A stretch of DNA of 64,000 bases from Marsupella aquatica (GCA_973895155.1 OZ316894.1:743968-807967); one strand, 5' to 3'. Positions 47,602 to 62,197 are shown, counted from the stretch's first letter. Numbers and translations are program-made. Notes: generated from the sequence alone by a model not told the origin.

Positions 47602-50600
47602 TGTTCCTAACTATACGGATATGGTCCTAATGACCGTATACATCCTAATCTACTACTTGCGTCATTGTAAGTGACACATTGCCCATGTCATAGAAGAGCT
47701 ATGACCAAAAAAGCTCACAGGACCCACAACCAAAAACTTGTCCATGCTAAAAAATTCAAGAATTGATGCATAATTACAGATCAAAAAAACTAAGAGTAAG
47801 TGATCACCATGAATGCTAATGACTATAACAGACACACGTAGAGAATGCACTCCAGATTTGAGAGCATCAAATGTGTGCCCCTTCATTAGGAGTTCCATAT
47901 ACATGTTTGACATAGTCAAAAGCAGATTCTCACTACTGAAAGCGAGAGGAGATTTGGTGGAATCATAAGAGTAATGTCTACCCAGAAGTGGGAATTCATC
48001 CCTCCCGTAGGTGTCTGGGGTAGGTGTCCAACATCTTCATCACATTCTTATAAGATAAGGCAATCAACACGAGAACTACCCCAACTGAGGAGAGGAACTT
48101 GTTGGTAGCTAGTGATAGTGTATCAAACCATTGCCCAATCAATTGTTCCAATCAATTTATCAATGTAACCATATCAATCTTGTCACCATTTCATTCTTGT
48201 GGCCATTGAGTTGTTGTTGCAAAAACAAATTTAGTATTTAGAGTTAGTGTAACTTGGAAAAATGCTTTATAGAAAACAAAAAGAAGAATGGCCTAACTGT
48301 CAATAGACTTTCATTCTTTTTCACTATTCTGTACATACTCTCTTTTGAACTCAAAAGTCTAATGCCTGCTATTCTTTATCTATCATTTTCCTTGGTCTCC
48401 TTGGTCTTCTTAGGGCCTTTTCCCTTCTTTCTACTAGTCATAATGGCTTCCCTGTAAATGTACATTTTGTAAGCAGGAGATGTGCATGCATTTTGTAAGC
48501 GAACACAATGTGAGAAAAAGGAAAGATTATATATTACAGTGTTCAAAATTTTAGAAATGTTTTTGAAAGTAGACAAAATGTGAGAAAAAGGAGATTGTAT
48601 ATTTTAGTGTTCAAATTCTTATTAATAAGGCTCAATGCAAAGCTACTTTTGAGGGCTATTGTGTAGAGTGAAGACTCTAGACACTAACTCTCAATAAAGA
48701 CAAAACAGAAAAATAGACTGAACAAAAAAAAGAGATGGAAAAAATGAGCCAGAACTAATACTATACAATCATTTTGAATTTTTTTTGTCTTGGTTTTTTT
48801 TTTTTTGGGGGGGGGGCGAGAGAGGAGCAACGAAAATGGGGATGCCATGGAAGTAGTGCAATCCATTTGAAAATATGGCTGCTTGTGAACAGAGTAGGTG
48901 GAGTAGGGGTCACATTTGAAGAGAATGGATGTATTTTAGAGGCTGCCTGTGAAGAGGTCAGTTGTGTCATCCTGTGTCAAGGGCTATGGTGAAAAGGTCA
49001 ACACTTCTTCATTTACTCGATTTTTTTTGGTCAACTACTCTCATCTAGGGTCGACACTTTTCTATCCTCATCTGTGTTCACATTCTAAGACCAGGTAGTG
49101 GGGCTAGTTTTAGAAATGTTTTTGAAAAAGTTTCCAAATGAAACGAGGTATTTGTTTGATAGACCCCCAAAATGAAACTTGTTACTTGATAGACCGCTGA
49201 GGTCTATCAACTATACAGATCTGAGATTGAAAGGTCCATCAATGGTCTAGATTGGGGAAAAATATTGAAGAGATTGATTAAACAAACTTTTTCCAAAAGG
49301 GGGTCTACTAAGAATCTACTAAAAAGTAATTACAAAGTGTACTTTCACTACTTGTTATGCCTCCCGGATGAGGGATATGCTCAATAGACCCCCTCCAAGA
49401 GAAACTTTACTTGATCAGCCCCCTCCAAACTTTTTTGCCCCAATCAGCCCCCTCATTATGGCCCGTACCCTTTTCTCCCGTGTAAGGCAGTTTCCCCCGT
49501 GTAAAGGCCTTACTGCACAGTTGGGAGCCATGCCACTATGCAACTCCGCTGCAGTTGGGCCACAACTACGCGGTTTTGCGTTCTTGCACTATGGTCCCTT
49601 ATGAGCGTGAATACGTCATGGTTTATGTCTTCAACATAATTTCTGTTTTAGGGCGCACATTGTCGGGGCGGTTTAGGGTCAAGCGCGCAGTAATCAGGCA
49701 ACGCGACCTCGTAATTAGAAGTCAAAATCGGGCATTTGCCCATCCACGCCGCCACGATCAACATTAGGGTTATGTTACACAAATGCGAATACATTGACAT
49801 GATTGTATTCTATTTGTAAACTGATCTCTGCATTTTTTAATGTCCTCCCATCCCGACTTTTGTCCATGCTCGATAACAAGTACACTCAACTTTCCACGAG
49901 GTGCACAGTGCACGGCGCACGCACCTGCCACCATCGATTTCACAGGAAAACAAGGTACTACTGTGCAGATGTTAGAATGTGTAAACTGAAGGCACAAACA
50001 ATGTCAGGAAACGAGGTCAGTTCATGGGCTGCAGAGCCCTTTTGCATGTGGCTTAGTAAATGTTTTTGAGCTTTACGTTAAATGGACATGACTAACCTCT
50101 GCACAATACTCATATGCACATTGAAGTACAGGATGGCAGATGATGTAAGTGACATCAATCTTTGGCGTCGAGGGGATGTCTGTGAGGTGGACATTCTCGA
50201 TTCTGACAGGCAATCACCACAAAGAGCAAGGCGGGGAACAACACGAAGACTTCTGAAAAATCTGAAATCAATCCTAGATGGGAAGAGTCCCGAAGAAGGT
50301 GAATCTATTGTGCTTCAAGTTAGTATAAATTGGAGGATTTGTTTGGCTTAAGTATGAAGTTGCTCCTATACGAATCATAAGTTTTGCACTGTTGAAGTTG
50401 TTGCACCCGTAGACGTTCTTCATTATGTATTCTACAATGCTCTTGGCAGTGGAAGCAGAGGCGGCTTGCATTCATCTGGGCAAGCATTTTAGCAATTTTG
50501 ATGAATTTGATAGATGTTTGGACTCATGGGCTATGATGCATGGCCGAGTAGTGTATAGACTTCAAACCTCCCCCAATTTTTGAACAAGGGTTTGCCGATT

Positions 50601-53307
50601 TAGTAAGATTGCTCATTGACATGAAAGGAAGTCAAGTGGTGACATCAGACCTGGGCCAGACAGTTCTAAATGTAGTGATAGTTCAGAAGATGAAGATTCA
50701 CTGTATATCCATGAATTGGATGATGAAGATGAACATGAATTAGATTGGCACTATAACAGTCGTTACGGTGAGTATAGTGGGTTTCATGATAGAGGAATGA
50801 TATCCAAACCAAGGGGGACACGAAGGACACACAATGCCTATGCAAAACCATTATTGACAACGGAAGAGGTAAAGCTTTTCAAGAGTCCATACCTATATCA
50901 TTGTGGTTTTTTTGAAGGGTTAGAAATGTAATACTTGTCACTTTGTGTTTTGATGCATGGTATGTTTGTGCTGCCATTGCAGAGGGAAGACCGTGAGTTT
51001 CAAATTGCTATTCAACAGATGGCAGGATCAACAAACCAGTTTAGAGCAATCGTTCTCACCAATGCTCCACAGGTATACCTCAACCGGAATGTCTTCTTTG
51101 CATTTTACCATAAATGTTTTGTATACAACTTCATGAGTGTCTTCTATGTTTCATATAAACATCCCCATTGTGGTGTGTATTTTGTATACAATGACACCAC
51201 TGTCTTCTGTGTTTCCATATACAATAACATGAATATTTTGAAATGAAAAGTTTTTATATCCAGGTCACATTTAGGAACCCTGAACACAGGGACTATGCTT
51301 TGGCCGGTGCCCCATGGTTTCTTGATTGGAAGTTTGTGTTCACATTCCCGTGGGATCCATCCTTTGATATCCAGAGTGAGTCCTATACTATGTTACCTGT
51401 CTGGATCAAAATTCATTTCAGAGCTTTGATCCTTGAGCCCTATTGAAGGAAGCTGGCTGCTTCTCTTGGAGACATCCTCCACTATATTCAAGGTGACAAT
51501 CTCAGCTCCTACCCACATGACCGTGCTTGTGTGCTCTGGGATACGCAACAAGAGGTGCCATTGAGTGTTGAAGTGGAAATTCAAGAAGGATTGTCAATCT
51601 GGCAACCTGTGACTTTCAAAAACATCCCTTTCCACTGCTTTCAATGTGGGAAAAAAGGGCATTTAGCTCGCGATTGCAGGTCACTACAAGACTCTAAGAC
51701 GGTGGTTCCACCTCTTGAGAATGTTGAGGAGCACCGGGAGGAGCCCACGATTGTGAGAAACATTGATGCTCCCCTTGAGGTTGGGGTTACGCAACCGCAA
51801 GTTGCGCCTTTGAGTGTCATTCTGGATGGGGCAGCGGCATCTGTGATTGATGCCCTGACGGTGACTAACCCAATTTGTGGTTCGATGTACCCGAGCGCTG
51901 AAGTGCCGGAGCAACCAATTCTTTTTGGGCATTCTGTCGAGGTGAATGTGAACTCTCAGTCTGTAAACACTAACAAAGAATGGGGAATGCCAACTGAAGA
52001 TGACAATTTGGTGGAGCACTCACCTCTTGTCCTTCTGCATAATGATGATATTCCTTAGGTTATACAGGACCTGCAAGGGATGGCACTTCCCATTGTTGCT
52101 ACAATTGGTGAAGGAAGTGATATAGGCGGACCTGCAAGGGGTACATTGAATCCTAGCGTGACCAATGAAATTGGTGCTGCGAGCAGAGATCCCGCTTTAA
52201 CCTCGGAAGATGGGGACGGAGAACGCATCTCGGCCTTTGAACCCCATTCGGACATGGAAATGTCTGAATTTGAGGGCTACATTGCTAGAACGGAACTCAA
52301 GAGAGAGCAAACTAGGAAGTTGGCCAGAAGATCTCCACCTGAGGATAAGAAAAAGGAGAAATGGAAAAAGAAGGCAAGAAATCAACGCTCCTTACATTTT
52401 GTTTCAATTGCCAAAGTGCAGGAGGCGGAGGGGTGCTCTACACCGGAGAAGAAGCTGAAAGGTGAACTACGCAGGAGCTTGGAGGGTCCTGCAATTTTGT
52501 TGCCGGAAAAATTGGGGCCTGTGAGTGTGCAGACAGAAGACACTGGGCGCTGGAAGAAATATCATTGGTGAGTAAAAGTGTAGTGCCCCCGAAGCTTGAG
52601 TTGCGGAGCCCGGAGGCTGACCCAGGCTGTAACCTCTGAGGTGGAGGAATGAGCGGGCTCCACCCTGTGGAGGTCTGTACTAGAGAGATACAGGGAACTA
52701 ATGAAGACCTTGAGGTTTGCTTCGTGGAACGTTTGTGGACTTTGTAGTCCTGACCGTAAAGATGTGGTGGTTAAGTGGGTTTCAACTTTACGTTCACCCA
52801 TTGATTTTTTGGCTTTACAAGAGGTTAAAGCATTCAGGCTGGATATTGTGCTGAGTGTTGCAACCCCTAGAACATGTCTACCTAAGGTTAGGACTAAACC
52901 CCTAACCCATGACGGTTATACAACCAACCACCTAGACAACCGACTATGTATATGAAGGGATTGAATGAGTAAAACTGTTGGAGTTATTGTGATGTTTAAC
53001 ACGTTATCAGCATGAGTGTACTCCTGAGATTTTTTTTCCGACCTACAGTACGAGTGCAGACCGATCCCAATTCCAATTTTTTTCAATTTGAAGACCAAAA
53101 GTTTTTTTTCCCGATTCCGCCCCGACCCACCCACGATTTGACGAAAGGAAGATGATCGTAGATGAACAACATACACTCTTGACAACAATCCCATAAATTA
53201 CAATCCGAGGCAGATTCACCCGGTGAACGTTACACATCACAACATATCGCTAAGCAGAGACGGATCTGCACAATCACCCTCCGAATCTACGCTCATCACT
53301 GAATACA

Positions 53308-54366
53308 ATGACAACAAATGCGATTGAGAAGCTGTATTTCCAAGCGTTATGTATAGATGGATCAAATTTCTTATCATGGACACTGGATGTCGAGGCGCAT
53401 CTCACATCAAAGAACCTAGAAGATACAATCCTAACAGACAATGGCCCCACCCTACAGGAGAAGGCGAAGGCCCTGATCCTGATTCGACACCACCTTGCCG
53501 ATTCTCTAAAACGCCAATATATGAATGCCTACAACCCCCGAGTTCTATGGGACGAGCTCCATGCAAGATTCGACCATACGCGCACGATCTTCCTCCCAGC
53601 AGCGAGGCACGACTGGATTAATCTCCGGGTACAGGACCACAAGATGATCGCTGAGTACAACAGCAAACTTTTCCGAATTGTATCACAATTGGCAATTTGT
53701 GGCCACCCGGTCGATGAAGAGGAACAAATCGAAAAGACCCTGTCAACATTTCACTCAACCAATTTAGTACTATCCACACAATACCGCAACATGAGATTCA
53801 CAACATACTCCGAACTGATCGCCCACATGTTGCTAGCAGAGAAGTATCAAATTCTGCTATTACAGAACACCAAGCAGCGACCTCCCGGGACCCTACCTCC
53901 ACAGACCAATCCTGAAACACACTTCAATACATGGAGACGAGGCTCTGGCACCTCATATCGCGGTAGAGGTAGCTATCGCGAAAGGAATAACTTCCATGGA
54001 CGAGGCAACAATTTCCAACGGGGCGGAAGGAGCAATTACCGCGGAGGAAGGGGTCAGGGCAGAGCGCAATCAGGAACCTTCCGCAACAACTGGCCAAGAA
54101 ACAACGGCAATCAACAACGGCAGAACACCCACACAGATAAGTTAGACAACCCCCCAATTTGCCATAGGTGCGGAACTAAAGGCCACATCAGGAAAACTTG
54201 CCGGGCCCCAACACACCTCGTCGCGCTATACCAAAAGAACTTACATAATGATGAATACGAGACACATGGAGCATTCCTAGAAACTCCAGAAATCTTACCC
54301 GAACTTCACTCGCCTTCCAATCCGAAATGTCTAAAGCCTTGGATGACCCTCATTACTGCATACTAG
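53308..54366 (+). CDS. Copia Gag
   Basis: DGSNFLSWTLDVEAHL…KAKALILIRHHL…ARHDWINLRVQD…EKTLSTFH, an RGG-rich stretch and the CHRCGTKGHIRKTC knuckle. Confidence 0.88.
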   Translation: MTTNAIEKLYFQALCIDGSNFLSWTLDVEAHLTSKNLEDTILTDNGPTLQEKAKALILIRHHLADSLKRQYMNAYNPRVLWDELHARFDHTRTIFLPAARHDWINLRVQDHKMIAEYNSKLFRIVSQLAICGHPVDEEEQIEKTLSTFHSTNLVLSTQYRNMRFTTYSELIAHMLLAEKYQILLLQNTKQRPPGTLPPQTNPETHFNTWRRGSGTSYRGRGSYRERNNFHGRGNNFQRGGRSNYRGGRGQGRAQSGTFRNNWPRNNGNQQRQNTHTDKLDNPPICHRCGTKGHIRKTCRAPTHLVALYQKNLHNDEYETHGAFLETPEILPELHSPSNPKCLKPWMTLITAY

Positions 54367-57300
54367 ACAGCGGGACCTCACACTCAATATTAAGAACCAA
54401 AGTTTACTTTACCCAGATCGTACCCTCCCAACGGAGAGTTACCACAATTATGGGCAACCATCAGCTAGAAGAGGGCAATGGCCCAGCCAACCTGGTCCTG
54501 CCCAAGGGCACGGTTATACACATTAAATCTGCAATATACACCCCGAAGGCCACACGTAACCTCTTGAGTTTCAAGGACATCCGGGAGAACGGCCTGCACA
54601 TCCACACCAGCATCCACAAATCCCAAGAAGTATTACACATCGTGGTCAAGACCACGAATGGCATAGAAATAAAAGAGACCCTGATAGCTTTTCCATTGGG
54701 ATTCTACGCCATTAGAATCCACACCTTTTTCAATGAGACCCCTCCACAGACTATAACCGAAACATGGCATCGCCGCCTGGGACACCCAGGCACACAGATG
54801 TTCCATAAGATCCTCAAAGACACGCAGGGAATACCCACCTCAGTACACCCAACATCCATCCGATCCCCTTGCCTAGCATGCTCACAGGGAAAACTCACAA
54901 TGAGACCTTCCCCATCCAAAACAGACAAGAATATCCCCAAATTCCTCGAGCGAATACATGCGGATGTATGCGGCCCCGTCGATCCCCCAAGCGGACCCTT
55001 CAGGTTCTTCTTAGCTACCATTGACGCCTCATCAAAATGGTCCCAGGTCTCCCTCCTCTCAACACACAACTTAGTCTTCTCCCGACTCTTAGCCCATATC
55101 CTGCGCCTAAAAGCACAATTTCCCGACCACCCCATCAAAACATTAAGAGTAGACAATGCGGGAGAATTCACATCATAGACATTCGATGACTTCTGCATTG
55201 CATCTGGGATTGAGGTTGAATACCCTGTAGCCTACGTTCATTTCCAAAATGGGATTGCAGAATCCCTCATTAAACGTCTATAGACAATACCTCGACCACT
55301 CCTCATGCAAACCAGTCTCCCATCATCTGCCTGGGGCCACGCCATCCTACATGCTGCTTCACTCCTTAGATACAGGCCATCTGCTTTTAACACGAGCTCC
55401 CCACACCACCTTGCATTTGGCATCTCACCTAACCTGGCACACCTCCGAACATTCGGTTGCCAGGTCCTGGTCCCCATAATGGGACCCAAGAGGACTAAAC
55501 TGGGACCCCAGAGGCAAAAGGGGATCTACATAGGTTTCGACTCCACATCCATTATTAGATACCTAGAACCTACAACTGCTGACATATATAAAGCTAGATT
55601 TGCCGATTGCCACTTCTATGAGACAGTATTCCCAGCCTTAAACACCACACCAAAAACATCAGAACCTGCCACCAAACTACTAGCCTGGCAAATCAACTCC
55701 CAATTCTAGAACGACCCCAGAACTTCCCAAACAGATACAGAGGTACAACGAATACTACACCTTACTCGAGTTATGGAAGAATTACCCGATGCATTCGCAG
55801 ATGTTGCTAAAGTGACCAGATCCCATAACCCAGCTACCAACGCACCATTTAGAATCAATATGGACCACCAGCCAGCCACAAGCATTGAACCACGCAAGAA
55901 AAGAGGAAGACCTCCTGGAGCCGCGGATAAACACCCTCGCCAGAGGAGGGCCCAACAGACCACCCCGACAGAGAACGAAGAAATAGCCATTAACTACAAC
56001 TACACAGGCAAAATCCATAATAGACCCACCACAATACCAGACAACACATTCGCATTCCAAATATCAACAGCAATGATGGAGGACTCACCTGATCCCTTAA
56101 CCATAGCAGAAGCGAGAAAACAACATGATTGGCAGGAATGGCAGAAGGCAGTCAATTCAGAACTGGACTCCCTGATTTCCCGACAAGTATTCGGACCCAT
56201 AACGCCAGTAACTCCTGATACTCACCTCACCGGATACAAATGGACATTCGTCAAAAAGAGGAATGCAGAAGGCGAAATAGTCAGATACAAGGCACGACTA
56301 GTGGCCAAAGGATTTACCCAGATACCCGGCAGAGATTACGACCTGACCTACTCACCTGTCATGGACGTGATCACATATAGATACTTGATAGCATTCGCAA
56401 TACATCATAAATTGACAATGCATCAACTTGACATAGTCACTGCTTATCTATATGGACATCTTGATACAATCATTTACATGGAAGCCCCTCCTGAATTACT
56501 AACCAGAGTTCATTACCATATTCAGGGGGAGCACAGACTACAAAACGCTCCCACCAAGAATGAAGGCCCTTTTGGCCACACAAACAAGACAGTGCTACAC
56601 ACTACCGCCAAAGCAATCTCTTGGAAGGCCCCTGCTACACAGGGAACAGATCCGAAAACACTTACTGCTCGGAACCGACTTGCTGTCCAAGTCCTCAGAT
56701 CCATGTATGGACTCAAACAGAGTGGGCGTACCTGGTACAGACATTTTAAGACAGAGATGATGGCAATGGGTTTCAAAACTTCAGACCTTTCACCATGCTT
56801 ATTCATCAAACAAGAAAGACAAGAGATCATCATAGTAGCAATATACGTGGACGACTTGAATTTATTCGGAACACCAAGGATCCTGCAAGATACAATCAAA
56901 CAACTGAACAAGGTGTTCGAGATCAGAGATTTAGGCAGAACTACATTCTGCCTCGGATTGCAATTCGAATACCTACCACACGGAGTACTACTCCACCAAT
57001 CTACATATACACGCAGAATGCTAAAGAAATTCAATATGCATAACGAAAAGGCAGTCAAGTCACCAATGGACATACGTTCTCTCGACAGAGATAAAGACAT
57101 TTTCCGGAAAAGAAATGAAGAGGAGCCACTGCTTGGCTCCGAGAAGCCATACTTATCGGCTATTGGCGCACTCCTATTCTTATCTTCACAGACCCGACCT
57201 GACATCACTTTCGCAGTCAACCTGCTAGCCAGGTATAGCTCACAACCCATGATCCGACACTGGAACGGGATTAAACGTATATTCCGTTACCTCAATGGCA

Positions 57301-57857
57301 CCATTGATCTTGGATTATTCTACTACAACGAAGCAGACATCACGCTAACGGGCTATGCTGATGCTGGGTACTTATCCGACACTGTGGACGCCAAATCTCA
57401 GACCGGATACGTCTTTCTAATCGGACCTACAGCTATCTCGTGGCGAAGCACAAAACAAACACTTACCACCACTTCTTCAAATCACTCAGAAATAATCGCA
57501 CTCTATGAGGCGAGCCGCGAGTGCATCTGGTTACGGAATGTAATCAATTACCTTCAAGAAACCACAGGTAAACCTAAACTCAACTCCCCTACTGTCATCT
57601 ACGAAGATAATAGACCATGCATAGAACAAATTTCTGCAGGATTCATCAAAGGTGACAAGACAAAACACATTTCCCCAAAAATTTTCTTTACACAGGAACA
57701 ACATGGCGACACAATTAACGTCCAATGGATCCCGAGTTTGAAGAACGCTGCAGACCTCTTCACAAAATCTCTACCTCGAGTACTACATAAGGCACTAATC
57801 CGATTACTTGGAATGTATAGCCTTTCTGAACTGTCACAGGAGAAGCGAACCACATAA
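54327..57857 (+). pseudogene. Copia Pol (PR-INT-RT-RNaseH) in one frame with three in-frame TAG stops
   Basis: ILDSGTSH, WHRRLGHP, HADVCGP, RVDNAGEF, YKARLVAKGFTQ, YGLKQSGR, IYVDDL, GYADA and ADLFTK. TAG stops at 55176, 55281 and 55707. Confidence 0.9.
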
Positions 57858-60853
57858 AGACCTTCCAAGACTCAGGGGGAGCGCGCACTTACCTCCAGCT
57901 CCCAGACAGACGACACTGCTCCCCGAAGACCCAACTGCGGCACTACACTCAAATCGACCAGCATCACCAATCAACAATCCAGCTCACCGCACCACCGATG
58001 AACTCACCAGAAGACCAACACAGACTTCATGAATCACTGATATGGTGATTACTTCAACTCCGCAGAAGCAGACAACAATACCATGCACGAAGACGATCGA
58101 TGCAGCACCTCCGTGACAACCGAAACCACTACAACACAGCACCAACCTAATCGACTGCAACGACAACCCTACAAACTACTTACCACCTTACACTACCGAA
58201 CAATTTCCAATAACATTTAGGTTAAGACAATTTTATACATTTACACTTTTACTTAAACAAACCTGACTCAACAAAGGGACGGGTGGTAACACTCTTTCCT
58301 CCCACAAGAAAGGAGGGGAGGTTTTAATGAGGTTACACCCCACCTTCTTTTTATCATACTATACCCCTACCATACAATAAACTAGAAGACAACTCAATTC
58401 CCCAATAGATAGCCAAGGTAGACTTTAAATGTCTACATCTTCTCTATAACAAAGATGTATCCAAGGGGGAGTGTTGCAACCCCTAGAACATGTCTACCTA
58501 AGGTTAGGACTAAACCCCTAACCCATGACGGTTATACAACCAACCACCTAGACAACCGACTATGTATATGAAGGGATTGAATGAGTAAAACTGTTGGAGT
58601 TATTGTGATGTTTAACACTGAGAACAATTTTACCTTCCTTTCAGTATTTCTATTGACCTCCAAACGAGGGTAAGGGAGGTACTGCCATTTTGATTCATCC
58701 GTCTTTTGTAGTGACGGCATCTGGAGTTTTGGATAGAGGAAGGGCAGTGTGGATTAAGATACATTCGGAGGAAGGGGATTTTGGCTTGATCAGTATCTAT
58801 GCCCCTAACCTGATGAGTGATCGTATTCTACTGTGGAATGACTTGTTGAACACCCTGCCCCAAGGGAAATGGATCATGGGCGGGGATTTCAACATGACGG
58901 AGCAGCAAGAAGACTCTACCGGTCTATCTCCTAGAGTTAGAGGAAGAGAGCTGGACGCTTGGTGTCTATTGAAATTGCGGTTTGACTTACAAGATGCCCT
59001 TGTCATTTTAGGACAAGTGATTGGATCCGGTTATACTTCGAGAAGAGTAAGGAATGGCAGACTGGTTCAGTCTCGATTGGACAGGTTTTATTTGAGCGAA
59101 AAGGGACAATGGCTGGAGGAGGTGATTGAACTGATGCATGATGGATCCTCGGCATTGTCTAATCATGACCCTATTATTATTACCGTTCAATTGACACCAC
59201 GTAACCCCTTGGCTACTGAGGTTCACAGAGTGACATACTTCAAGGCACATCCTGCCGTCCTTGGAAAAAGAGAGAATATAGAAGCTCTGGCAGCAGCATG
59301 GGAAGCTGGGGAGGAAGGAGCGGTGGACCCTCACTTGAGATTTGTGGATGCTATACAAAGGTTAAGAAGGTGCTACATGGAGATCCAGCACTCCCTTGTG
59401 CCTTGGGACGAAGAGCTACGTAGACTGAGGGCTAGGCTTCGTCTTTTGAAACTTGCAATAATGGAGGATTACTCTGAGGACACAATTCTGGACTTCACAT
59501 GTACAGAATCATGTGTCAGAGACATGGAACTGGAAGAAGCCCATCGTAATCGGAGGCTCGCAAGAATCAATTGGCTTGGACAAGGAGATGAGCCTTCTAA
59601 ATTCTTTTTTTCAATGGTGAAAGCAAAAAGAGACAGGGAGCATATGGAATATCTTATAGGGGCAGATGGGGAAGAGATAACGGAAGAGAGCATGGTGATT
59701 AAAGAAGTGCAACGTCATTGTGTGAAGCTTTACACTCCTGAGGTGGCTACGACTGAGATGCATAGGGAGATGCTTGCTGCCAACAGAAGGTTATGTCAGC
59801 ACACACACTTTGCTCTTTCAGCTGCAGAGATACGAAGATTAGAGAGGCTACCTACTATTCAAGAGCTGCATGAAACACTGCTATTACTACCTGGCGACAA
59901 AGCACCGGGTATTGATGGAATAACAACGGAGGTACTACGAAGTTGCTGGGAATTCATGAAAGCAGGATTCTACGAGATGATTTGTGAATTTTGGAAGTCT
60001 GGACACATTGCTTACGGGATTAAAGATGGAGTAATCCGGTTTATCCCTAAGAAGACGGATAAAAGAAGATTAGGTGACTAGCGAGGGCTCACAATGCTAA
60101 CGACCATGTATAAGATCCTGGCAAAGCTTCTAGGTTTTTTTTTAAATAAAACAATTAAAAATTAAAAAAGAGAAAATAACATGAATATGTTCTGTGTGTC
60201 CAGATTGCAATAGGAGGTTTGTGCACCCCTTGGACCTCTGGATCCAAACTATCTCCAGAGGAACACAATGATGGCAAAGAAACCACGCACAGTAGTGCAG
60301 CATAGCAGTGTGTGGCTACCTGGGTCACATGCCCCTGGCACGGTAAAAGTCAGGAAAATTTCTACCACAGGAGTATGCGGGGAGTTTTCTAGGTTTAGGC
60401 CCCTGCCAGAGTACAATGAAGATGGTTTTGATTGTTCAGCCTACTGCCCATTCAGGGTCCGATGTCACAGGCAAGCTCACAACAGGGCTCATATCATTAT
60501 TGTGTGTGAGCTGAAACACAATTGTCCAGCATCTAAACACAAGTGGAGGGGCCCAACACAAAACGCAGTGTGGTTAGGAGACACACTGGCGCCTAGAGTG
60601 TGTAGAAATCTGAAGGTGCCGGTCAAAGAACTACTCTGCGGATTTCAAGGGGATTATAAAAAGAACAGCACTTACCACCAAATGTGGCGAGCAAAAGACT
60701 ATGTACGGGATCTGCATCTTGGTGGGCAGGAAGACACATTTCAAATGATTTTGGCATTAATTGCGAGGGTGAGAGAGACTGACCCTGGTGCAGTGGCAGT
60801 CTGGTCCCCAATGGAAAACTCCAACGTTTTCTGTCAAGCATTCATTTGCCCAT

Positions 60854-62197
60854 TGTCAACAGCTTGCATGAGAACTAATGAGTTATTTACCACTAAATAT
60901 CTTATAATATTGTCCTTTAATGTCACCCAGGTCCTATTGGGGGGTCCTCCTTGGGCATTTATTGCTATCATGTCAAAATACTCACACTCATAGGTAGTTT
61001 GGTTTCCGCCACCAGAAATGTAGATTCTACTTGAAACTACCTTCAACTCACACACTCTCAACTCTCATTCTTCTCCCATAAAACCCAAATATTCATAGCT
61101 GTCACCTATGAACCATCTTCCTTCCCTACCCTAATAAATGACCTTAGTACTCACTTAAACTTCTTTCATCCCCAAGTCTAACCGATGAGTCTTGACTCGC
61201 CTCAAGCTCCTGCCCAAGATCTTCAACCACACATCTCTAGCTTGTGACCAACTCAATGTCTAAGCTTTCTCTTATCACTAACAAAACACTATTAATAACA
61301 CAACTTCAAAATGCACAATCTTCCACCTCTCAACTTCAACATAACAAATGCCAAGGCCTTAGATCTTCATCCACTTTTCCATTGGAGCACAATCAACAAC
61401 CTAGCTTCTTTCAACATAGGTGCATGTACACATCAAGGTGTGGTTTCAAAGTAAAAGCATTTTACTACACACACAATGAGGTTCACACATGGCACAAACT
61501 CCCCATCCAAGCACTACTCCTCAAGCTAGAGCAAGTATGTGCAAGAACACAATGGAAGAATGGACATTGGCCTCAAGGAAAACTTCACTTCTTATACAAT
61601 TCCTACTAGGCTACTACCCCACAAAGTCCAAAATAGTGGTGTGCACCAAGGCCCAAGTCCACAAAGACCAAGGACCAAGGACCAGGTAGTAGATAGCCCA
61701 CCAAGGACCAAGGACCAGGTAGTAGATAGTCCACCAAAGACCAAGGACCCAAGTAGCTCGGTCAATTGGTGAAGTCTTTGCCACCTACCTACATAGTTAA
61801 ATTTTAACTATGGTAATTTTATGTTTTTACCTTTTCTCTAATATCTTGGAAATCTGAAAATATAATGGCTTGAATTATTTTCCTATCCATTGCTATAAGA
61901 TATTTTCCCTATATTTTGGCATCAAAATTTATTTATAGCTATAACTCCTCAACCCTAAGCCAAATTATTATTTTTAGAACATATATTTTCTTGCCCAAGT
62001 AAGGTCTACTTTTGGGTCGGAGGATTCCTGAAATGGTGTCATCATTTCAAAAATATATTTTTTAAGTCCAAAAACTCATAAGAGATCATATAAACCTTCT
62101 CTAACTACTATTTTAACTCTTTATCTACCTTGGACTAAGGGAAAAAGCACTCCACTACTATAAATTTATTGTTTTTTGGTTTTTTAGAGGTCTCACA
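60854..62197 (-). mobile_element. Solo LTR, 1344 bp, TSD CCCAT, inserted in the MuDR transposase exon
   Basis: TG…CA termini; CCCAT at 60849-60853 and 62198-62202. Removal restores AFICP-SATRKAC. There is an internal 33-bp tandem duplication near 61668-61750. Orientation is inferred. Confidence 0.85.

Larger units (their letters stand above)
52856..58617 (+). mobile_element. Full-length Ty1/Copia LTR retrotransposon, Bianca-like
   Basis: Identical 146-bp LTRs (52856-53001 and 58472-58617, TG…CA); TSD CTGAG (52851-52855 and 58618-58622); PBS-like CGTTATCAGCA; PPT AAGGGGGAG (58463-58471); PR-INT-RT-RH order. The lineage call rests on recalled gag and PBS style. Confidence 0.93.
51263..60131 (+). 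mobile_element. L1-clade LINE, truncated at both ends and interrupted by a Copia element
   Basis: ORF1 remnant with DUF4283-like GAPWFLDWKFVFTFPWDP…PVWI and CFQCGKKGHLARDC. ORF2 starts at 52701 (SWNVCGL…LQEVK) and resumes at 58623 with SIYAPN, GGDFN, SRLDRFY, SNHDP, WLGQGDEPSKFFF and KAPGIDG. It stops at YKILAKLL, early in RT. Confidence 0.9.

Noticed and set aside
55176-55709. Three TAG stops in Copia pol as programmed readthrough or RNA-editing sites
   Set aside because: Single transitions explain them more simply; there is no readthrough context, and U-to-C editing is organellar.
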